Below, one piece after another: positions 37,292-43,302 of a DNA stretch of 43,302 nucleotides (the first letter of the stretch is position 1; the number at the start of each line of letters is the position of its first letter). Source of the stretch: an uncultured Clostridia bacterium (GTDB lineage: Bacteria > Bacillota > Clostridia > Christensenellales > UBA1242). The position numbers and the translations under genes are program-made. The stretch spans positions 1-43,302 of the forward strand of contig CALWAB010000057.1 of the NCBI GenBank assembly GCA_944372745.1. Reading direction: 5' to 3'. The notes below the pieces were generated by a model. That model was given only the letters and a program-made list of their open reading frames with translations. It did no database searches and was not told the origin of the DNA.

Positions 37292-37316
37292 AAAGAGTAT
37301 ATAAGAAATACTCTTT
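37292..37316 (-). terminator. Terminator of the DivIVA-like gene
   Basis: The stem is AAAGAGTAT/ATACTCTTT with a 7-nt loop. A T-rich tract follows on the minus strand. Confidence 0.55.
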
Positions 37317-37320
37317 GATT

Positions 37321-38187
37321 TTAATCATCTAAATTAAAACTTTTCATTATATCCATAAGGTCTTCTTTAGGCTTTAAAGCTTCCAGCATATCAAACTTAT
37401 CTTCTTTAGATGTGTCTTGTTGCTTACTTATGCTCTGTTCTAACACAGTCAAATAACTTGATTTTTTATCAGGTTGAATGTCCGCATCTTTATGTGATTT
37501 TTTATATTGAAAATTATCAAAATCATCAAATTCACTTTTCAAAAATTTTTCAAAATCCCCTTCCCCGTCTTGATTTAAAGAATCTTTCATTGATAATTGA
37601 TTGTTCAAAATCTCATTTGTTTTTTCTCTGTCTTTTCTTCGAATCGTAGGAGTTTCTAATGTTTCATTGGGCTTGACAACATTCGGTTGATTATTCCCCC
37701 ACATTCTTGAAAGCAATGTCTTAGCATAAATTTTTTCCGCAGTCTTATTTACAGTACTTGGCATTTGCGTTAATTCAGTTTCTTTTGCCAAAATTTTGTT
37801 CAAAGCATCTTCAAATTCATTGAATAAAATTGATATACCACTTCCCTTTTTGATATCTGGATATAAGGCCTCTATTTCATTAAGTATATTATTCCACTTT
37901 TTGTATAGAACTTTTACTCTTTTAATTTCCAATTCATAAATTGTCTTGGCACTGGATTCAATTTCCTTAGCTGTTTCAACTGCAACAACAAGTGCATTTG
38001 ATATCTGGTCATCCTTGCTATGATATGTATCCAATTCCATTTTACATTGCATAAGTTCAGCTTGTGCTTGCATTGATTCCTGTTTTAACTTTTCAAGCAT
38101 ATCTTCATATTGACTTTTAAGCGTATCTATATACGCATCAACTTCTTGTTTATTATATCCTTTTCTTTCAATATCAAAATCTTTCAT
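37321..38187 (-). CDS. DivIVA-domain protein
   Basis: The N-terminal FDIERKGYNKQEVDAYIDTL motif is followed by coiled coil. Confidence 0.8.
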   Translation of the reverse strand: MKDFDIERKGYNKQEVDAYIDTLKSQYEDMLEKLKQESMQAQAELMQCKMELDTYHSKDDQISNALVVAVETAKEIESSAKTIYELEIKRVKVLYKKWNNILNEIEALYPDIKKGSGISILFNEFEDALNKILAKETELTQMPSTVNKTAEKIYAKTLLSRMWGNNQPNVVKPNETLETPTIRRKDREKTNEILNNQLSMKDSLNQDGEGDFEKFLKSEFDDFDNFQYKKSHKDADIQPDKKSSYLTVLEQSISKQQDTSKEDKFDMLEALKPKEDLMDIMKSFNLDD

Positions 38188-38203
38188 ATTTTCTCCTTAT
38201 TTA

Positions 38204-38608
38204 TCAAAAAGCGTAACCTATACAACTGAGCCCCAAAAATATTAATGAATATAAAAATAATTTTAAGTACAACTTATTTTTGAAAATTAAGTATACAATT
38301 ATAAATGATATAGATATACTTGCAACTAATGGAGTCAATACATAATAGAAAGGCAACATAAAAATATCGCGCAATAAAAATACGGTAGCCACTAATATTA
38401 AAGCAATGCCTGCAAAAATTGACGAATCTAATTTAAATAGTATACCTCTTGTTAAAACTAATATTCCTATAACATACAAAAATATTGGAAACCAATAATC
38501 TACAATAAATGCAAATTGTGGAATATTACAAAGATTTAAAATTAAACAAAGTAAATATATTGCAATTAAGGTAAAGAATACAATATTATAAATAGTTATT
38601 TTTTTCAA
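38204..38608 (-). CDS. Hypothetical small membrane protein (4 TM helices)
   Basis: A hydrophobic ORF tightly packed between lgt and the DivIVA-like gene. Confidence 0.55.
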   Translation of the reverse strand: MKKITIYNIVFFTLIAIYLLCLILNLCNIPQFAFIVDYWFPIFLYVIGILVLTRGILFKLDSSIFAGIALILVATVFLLRDIFMLPFYYVLTPLVASISISFIIVYLIFKNKLYLKLFLYSLIFLGLSCIGYAF

Positions 38609-38609
38609 G

Positions 38610-39569
38610 TTAGTTCTCCGATAAATTTTCTTTCCGTTGTTTCTTTATTTTTTCTACTTTAATATTTTCATTTTTTAAAGTTTTATTATTATCATCTATT
38701 TTTATATTATCCATAGGTTCAATGATTTGTTTGTGCTGGGCATTTTCTTCATTACCTTGATTAAGTCTTTGTACATTTAATGCTCTTCGTACTTTACGCC
38801 ACTCCATAGCTGTCACATAAACTAGCAACGCAAAACCTGCGATAACGAACAAAACACTAACGACTTGAGATACAGGAATATTAGTATCACCTATGAACAA
38901 GATTTCACTTTCCTGTCGCATCCCTTCTAAAAAATAACGCTCTATGCCATAAAGAATTAAATAGAATGCAGAGACTATGCCATAAGATTTAGTCTTTCTA
39001 AATATGACCATTAATACAATAAATATAAATAGACAAATCATACTTTCGTAGAAAAATGTAGCATAATGCCACTCTTGAAGTCTATCAATATAGACGGCAA
39101 ATGGGAACCACTGTAAATCAGGGTTTGTTACAACTGTACCATATACTTCTTGATTAGCAAAATTCCCCCAACGCCCTATAGCTTGAGCAATAACCAAACT
39201 TGGTGCAACCAAATCTATAATTTTTAATAGATTTTGATTCCTAATAATTGCATATAAAATAAGCCCAATCAGACCACCAATTATCCCGCCATAAATAGCT
39301 AATCCACCATTCCATATGGATATTGCCTCGATAAAAGTATAAGATTCTCTAGAGAAAATAATGTAATAAACTCTAGCCCCTACTATGGCAAGTGGAAAAC
39401 ACCATAATAAAATTTCATAGGGAAAATCTTTGCTATAGTTTTTGATTTTTGCATTATAACAAGCAACCAAAACAGCGACAAGAACGCCTGTCGCTATGAT
39501 TATGCCATACCATTTAACTGATAATCCAAATATTTCAAAAGCTACGCCGACTTCCAACAAATTTAACAT
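38610..39569 (-). CDS. lgt: Prolipoprotein diacylglyceryl transferase with a Lys/Asn-rich C-terminal tail
   Basis: Contains the GRWGNFANQEVYG signature and is polytopic. Confidence 0.93.
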   Translation of the reverse strand: MLNLLEVGVAFEIFGLSVKWYGIIIATGVLVAVLVACYNAKIKNYSKDFPYEILLWCFPLAIVGARVYYIIFSRESYTFIEAISIWNGGLAIYGGIIGGLIGLILYAIIRNQNLLKIIDLVAPSLVIAQAIGRWGNFANQEVYGTVVTNPDLQWFPFAVYIDRLQEWHYATFFYESMICLFIFIVLMVIFRKTKSYGIVSAFYLILYGIERYFLEGMRQESEILFIGDTNIPVSQVVSVLFVIAGFALLVYVTAMEWRKVRRALNVQRLNQGNEENAQHKQIIEPMDNIKIDDNNKTLKNENIKVEKIKKQRKENLSEN

Positions 39570-39636
39570 TGCTTTTCTCCATTGTTTTTTATTATATCAC
39601 ATAATGTAAAAATATCAAATCATTTTATATCAATAC

Positions 39637-40293
39637 TTATGAAACAAATACATCATTTTCTTTAATAGATTCATCTTGAGTAGCTAAAGCTATTTTACTA
39701 ATAGAAATTTCATATGCTACCCTATTCTCTATATTATTTTCATCAATTTTCTTTTGATATTCTCTACTTTGAATTCGTCCTTGTAGAACAACTTTTTCAC
39801 CAACATCTATTGATTTTACAAATCTAGCATTTCTTCCCCACGCTATACAAGGAATGTAGTCTGATTTATTATATGCTCTATTCACTGCTAATAGCACATC
39901 GCAAATTTCTCTATTAAAAGGTGTAGTTCTATAAATTGGTTCTTTACAAATATACCCCGATAATTCAATAATATTGGTTGGAGCATTATCAAGTTTTGGT
40001 ACAATTTCTCTAACAAATATAGTTAACGCCAATTTACTCTTACCATCTACTTGTTTATTATAACTTCTAAATTGTCCCTTTAATGCAACCATATCCCCCA
40101 TTTTAATCCCTTCTTCACGCAATATCCTTTCAGAGATAGTAATTGGGATAATATCACTTTGCCCAGAAAGTCGTTCTATTTTGATTAACATATTATAGAA
40201 ACCCTCTCCATAAACTTCGTGACTAAACTCAGCGTTGCTCACTATTTCTCCAAAAACATAAACTTTATTGTTGTTCATTTGCTCGTAATTCAT
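39637..40293 (-). CDS. SSB-like protein with two tandem OB folds
   Basis: Two repeats of an SSB/PriB-like pattern are present (NKVYVFGEIV...GDMVALKGQFRSY, and IELSGYICKEP...IPCIAWGRNA...GEKVVLQGRIQSREY). There is no acidic SSB tail. Confidence 0.55.
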   Translation of the reverse strand: MNYEQMNNNKVYVFGEIVSNAEFSHEVYGEGFYNMLIKIERLSGQSDIIPITISERILREEGIKMGDMVALKGQFRSYNKQVDGKSKLALTIFVREIVPKLDNAPTNIIELSGYICKEPIYRTTPFNREICDVLLAVNRAYNKSDYIPCIAWGRNARFVKSIDVGEKVVLQGRIQSREYQKKIDENNIENRVAYEISISKIALATQDESIKENDVFVS

Positions 40294-40313
40294 TTTTTAC
40301 CTCCATATGTACT

Positions 40314-41081
40314 TTATGAATTTTTGCTTTGAATACCTTGACTATTTATTATATAATTGTCGTCATAGACTAAATCACCAATACAAGTAATTGTAAATCC
40401 CTTCTTTTGAAGGCGGTCAAGGACTATTGGCAGTGCCTCTAAAATGTGATCAGAATTATTGTGACAAAGAATTATGCTTCCATTTTTCACATTATTTAGT
40501 ATTCTTATCGTAATTTCTTGAGCAGACAAACCCTTCCAATCTAATGAATCAACATCCCATTGTATTGTTTTTAATCCTAAACTATCTGCTTGCTCTATTA
40601 AAGAATTGTTATATGCTCCGTAAGGAGCTCTAAATAATTCAACTTGATTATTAGTTATTTTCTCAATCTTATCTATACAAGTTTGTAGTTCAAGTTTTTG
40701 GTTTTCAGCACTCAATTTTGTCATATCTGGATGAGTATTGCTATGTGTCCCTATTTCAAATCCACTTTCATTGATTTTTTCTACGAGGTCTGGATGTTCA
40801 TCCACCCAAAAACCTACTAGAAAAAATGTGGCTTTTACGCCATACTCTTGGCATATTTCAATAATTCTTTCTGTTTTATCTGCACCCCATGCTGCATCAA
40901 ACGAGATTGCAACTTTAGCTTCTTGCGTATCTAGACTATAAATGGGAACTTTCCTAATAGTTTCGCCCAAGAACACTCCTGCTGCTCTCCCCCCATCTAA
41001 GTTAATACATAATAATGCTAATAGTACGAATACTATAATCAATTTTTTTATGTCGTTTAACTTTAAAACCATAAATTTCAT
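40314..41081 (-). CDS. Polysaccharide deacetylase (NodB/CE4) with signal/anchor
   Basis: Contains SFDAAWG...TFFLVGFWV...GFEIGTHSNTHPDM...FRAPYGAYN. Confidence 0.88.
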   Translation of the reverse strand: MKFMVLKLNDIKKLIIVFVLLALLCINLDGGRAAGVFLGETIRKVPIYSLDTQEAKVAISFDAAWGADKTERIIEICQEYGVKATFFLVGFWVDEHPDLVEKINESGFEIGTHSNTHPDMTKLSAENQKLELQTCIDKIEKITNNQVELFRAPYGAYNNSLIEQADSLGLKTIQWDVDSLDWKGLSAQEITIRILNNVKNGSIILCHNNSDHILEALPIVLDRLQKKGFTITCIGDLVYDDNYIINSQGIQSKNS

Positions 41082-41232
41082 TTATGCACCTCAATTATAT
41101 AGATATTTAAATTAAAAAAAATTAAAACTTGTGTCAAAAAATATATTTTTATGTCAAATATATAGTTCTCCTAATATGCTTTATATAAAATTATGATTTA
41201 AAATATTTTTTTAGAACTTTATTTAAAAAATA

Positions 41233-41262
41233 TTGACTCAATTAAAAAATTAAGAATAGTAT
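41233..41262 (+). promoter_or_regulatory. Candidate promoter of the NitT/TauT ABC operon
   Basis: TTGACT (41233-41238), an 18-nt spacer and TAGTAT (41257-41262). The -10 is weak. Confidence 0.35.
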
Positions 41263-41331
41263 GTAATAGGTTCGTTGCTTATTTCCCTACTTCGCAATGA
41301 ACCTGACTTTTGACCAGCAAGGATAGGAAAA

Positions 41332-42075
41332 ATGAGTTTATTAAAACTAAAAGATGTCAGTCTCAATTATCATTCACCTAAAGGCGAAACACAGGCTTTA
41401 AAAAATATTTCCTTTGAAGTCAAAGAAAATGAATTTATAGCCATCGTTGGACCTAGTGGTTGTGGTAAAACTACTATTTTGTCACTTATAGCAGGAATAT
41501 TAAAACCAAGTAGTGGCGAAATCATTAAAAACGATGACGGCGAAAATTTTATTGGATATATGTTTCAACGCGATCATTTATTTGAGTGGCGTACAATTTG
41601 GCAAAATGTAATCTTGGGACTTGAAATACAAAAGAAAAAAAATGCTCAAAATTTTGAGTATTTAAATAAACTCTTACAAAAATATGGACTATATGACTTT
41701 AAAGACAAATTCCCTAGAGAATTATCTGGAGGAATGCGTCAAAGAGTAGCACTGATACGCACATTAGCACTTAATCCCAAAGTCTTACTGTTAGATGAAC
41801 CCTTCTCAGCATTAGACTATCAAACTAGATTAAATGTTTGTGACGATGTAAATAATATAATCAAAAACGAGAAAAAAACAGCAATATTAGTGACTCACGA
41901 CATTTCAGAGGCTATCTCTATGGCAGATAGAATCATCATTTTGACTCCCCGTCCTGCCGAAGTTAAGAAAATAATAACACTAAACTTGCAAAAATATGGC
42001 ACACCATTCAATAGGCGTGAATGTAGCGAATTTAGTAAATTATTTAATGAAGTTTGGAAGGATTTGGAGAATTAA
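41332..42075 (+). CDS. ABC transporter ATP-binding protein, NitT/TauT (SsuB/TauB/ThiZ-like) family
   Basis: Contains GPSGCGKTT, LSGGMRQRVALIRTL, LLLDEPFSALD and ILVTHDISEA. Confidence 0.9.
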   Translation: MSLLKLKDVSLNYHSPKGETQALKNISFEVKENEFIAIVGPSGCGKTTILSLIAGILKPSSGEIIKNDDGENFIGYMFQRDHLFEWRTIWQNVILGLEIQKKKNAQNFEYLNKLLQKYGLYDFKDKFPRELSGGMRQRVALIRTLALNPKVLLLDEPFSALDYQTRLNVCDDVNNIIKNEKKTAILVTHDISEAISMADRIIILTPRPAEVKKIITLNLQKYGTPFNRRECSEFSKLFNEVWKDLEN

Positions 42076-42079
42076 ATAA

Positions 42080-42892
42080 ATGAAACATTCAAAAGAAAAT
42101 TACTCAAAAGAGCATTTACAGTATTTAAAAAAAAGAAAGAACAGTAAAATAGTTGTTCTCTCTAGTCAAATTGGATTGCTTATTTTATTCTTAGCTTTAT
42201 GGGAACTGCTTGCTAGAACAGGTCTTATAAACTCCTTTATCACGAGTTCACCTTCAAAAATAGTAAATACTATTGGTGAATTGTTTGCAAGCGGTGAATT
42301 ATTTATGCATATGGGGGTTACATTACTAGAAACACTTGCAGGCTTCTTTATAGCATCATTTCTTGGTACGCTTATAGCCATATTACTATGGTGGAGCGAA
42401 ACCGTGAGAAAAATTCTAGAGCCATATATTGTAATATTGAACAGTTTACCTAAAATAGCGTTAGGGCCGTTAATTATAATATGGGTAGGCTCTGGAACAA
42501 GTGCGATTATAGCAATCTGTGTGCTAATATGTATTATAATCACTATAATAACAATGCTTAACGCTTTCTTATCTTGCGACGAAGACAAGATATTGCTTAT
42601 GAAATCAATGGGAGCAAATAAATTTAAAATACTTTTTAAATTAGTTTTACCTTATTCAATCCCAAATTTCATTTCAATGCTAAAAATCAATGTAGGAATG
42701 AGTTGGGTGGGCTCTATAATGGGTGAATATTTATCAAGCAGTGCAGGACTTGGATATTTAATTGTCTATGGTTCACAAGTATTTAGACTTGACCTAGTAA
42801 TGACAAGCACAGTCTTGTTATGTATACTTGCAGGATTAATGTATTTCGCAGTTGCTCTTCTAGAAAAATACTATATTAAAAAGCATAGATAA
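42080..42892 (+). CDS. ABC transporter permease, NitT/TauT family
   Basis: Six TM helices with an EAA-like loop (LMKSMGANKFKILFKLVLPYSIP). A GGAGAA SD precedes the start. No binding-protein gene is adjacent. Confidence 0.85.
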   Translation: MKHSKENYSKEHLQYLKKRKNSKIVVLSSQIGLLILFLALWELLARTGLINSFITSSPSKIVNTIGELFASGELFMHMGVTLLETLAGFFIASFLGTLIAILLWWSETVRKILEPYIVILNSLPKIALGPLIIIWVGSGTSAIIAICVLICIIITIITMLNAFLSCDEDKILLMKSMGANKFKILFKLVLPYSIPNFISMLKINVGMSWVGSIMGEYLSSSAGLGYLIVYGSQVFRLDLVMTSTVLLCILAGLMYFAVALLEKYYIKKHR

Positions 42893-42966
42893 TATAGACT
42901 CACAAAAGACAAAAGTATTTATTGAGCAATTATTCAAAAGTCTATCCTTATCAATAAATCATTGAT

Positions 42967-42996
42967 AATATGGTGCAGTTTTGCACCATATTTTAA
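42967..42996 (+). terminator. Terminator of the NitT/TauT ABC operon
   Basis: AATATGGTGCA-GTTT-TGCACCATATT followed by TTTAAT. Confidence 0.65.
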
Positions 42997-43040
42997 TATT
43001 TAACATAAAAACACTTATTCTTTATAATACGCTTTTTATG

Positions 43041-43071
43041 ACAAAAAAGATGCACAATATATCTGTGCATC
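43041..43071 (-). terminator. Terminator of the Cys/His-rich gene
   Basis: The minus strand reads GATGCACA-GATATAT-TGTGCATC followed by TTTTTTGT. Confidence 0.65.
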
Positions 43072-43139
43072 CTTTTAATTAAACCCTGCAAATAATGGAA
43101 ATCATATTTTTTATTATTTAACTTTTCGTTTCTAAATTT

Positions 43140-43302
43140 TTATTTATTCTTTTTATCATTATTATCATGACAGCCACAATCACAATGTTCATCGTGGCAA
43201 CCGCAATCACAATGCTCGTCATGACATCCACATGAACAATCATCGTCGCATTCACAATGGTCATGATGACAACCACAATCGCATCCATGATAGTCATTTG
43301 GA
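43140..43302 (-). CDS. 3' end of a gene encoding a Cys/His-rich tail (CxCxCH repeats); the 5' part lies beyond the window
   Basis: My own translation of the minus strand is PNDYHGCDCGCHHDHCECDDDCSCGCHDEHCDCGCHDEHCDCGCHDNNDKKNK*. The stop TAA is at 43142-43140 and a terminator follows at 43049-43071. This ORF is absent from the track, which appears to list only ORFs of at least 60 aa. Confidence 0.6.
   Translation of the reverse strand, partial: PNDYHGCDCGCHHDHCECDDDCSCGCHDEHCDCGCHDEHCDCGCHDNNDKKNK

Noticed and set aside
41269-41331. Calling the ABC leader a TPP (THI-box) riboswitch.
   Set aside because: Only the ACCUGA...CCAGC...AGG portion resembles the THI box. The universally conserved CUGAGA pyrimidine-sensor element and the P2/P3 helices are absent, and the leader is about half the normal length. 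I kept it only as an unclassified structured leader.
43026-43071. A possible fifth copy of the three-arm module: AATACGCT, then 15 nt, then GATGCACA-ATATATC-TGTGCATC.
   Set aside because: The arms differ (GATGCACA rather than AATACAC), the loop gives a 17-nt rather than 16-nt core, and the order and orientation of the elements are reversed. The hairpin is well explained as the terminator of the Cys/His-rich gene.
1-43302. A scan for CRISPR arrays, tRNA or rRNA genes, IS elements and UGA-as-Trp recoding.
   Set aside because: I found no regularly spaced repeats, no tRNA-like GTTCGA(A/T)TC arms in intergenic DNA and no transposase-like ORFs. TGA clearly terminates several well-conserved genes, for example the ABC-2 permease and the alpha/beta hydrolase.

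Overview
This is a low-GC (roughly 30% by eye) Firmicutes-type chromosomal core region. It uses the standard code: TGA acts as a stop and Trp is TGG. I call 41 densely packed genes, mostly housekeeping, in Bacillus/Clostridium-like synteny blocks. The blocks are mutL(partial)-miaA; lexA next to a lone tyrosine recombinase; ftsK-rimO-pgsA-cinA-recA-rny; rpsO-pnp-polysaccharide deacetylase; tsaE-tsaB-hydrolase-Mur ligase; spoVG; murC; lysS; cvpA; a DivIVA-like gene; and lgt. There are three ABC systems: two ABC-2 exporters and one NitT/TauT-type importer. I saw no rRNA, tRNA, CRISPR array, IS element or prophage, and the antisense ORFs in the six-frame track are shadows of real genes. I could not find a convincing novel multi-gene protein system such as a defence island or toxin-antitoxin pair; the window looks like ordinary core genome. 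The most unusual signal is non-coding. A ~40-nt three-arm module (AATACAC-N8-GTGTATT, exactly 10 nt, then AATAC[G/A]CC) occurs four times, at 2728, 5623 (inverted), 24273 and 37167. Its central 16-mer matches the NrdR-box consensus (from memory) at 15-16 of 16 positions in three copies, although no ribonucleotide reductase gene is present. Secondary points are listed below.
- A structured leader with a possible SD-occluding pseudoknot precedes the NitT/TauT ABC operon.
- A PadR domain is fused to a long disordered linker and a 4-TM anchor, divergent from a DUF45 metallohydrolase gene.
- A MurF-like ligase has its N-terminal domain replaced by five TM helices.
- A Cys/His-rich (CxCxCH)n gene tail lies at the right edge.
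- lexA has a consensus promoter overlapped by an SOS box.
- tsaE is probably leaderless.
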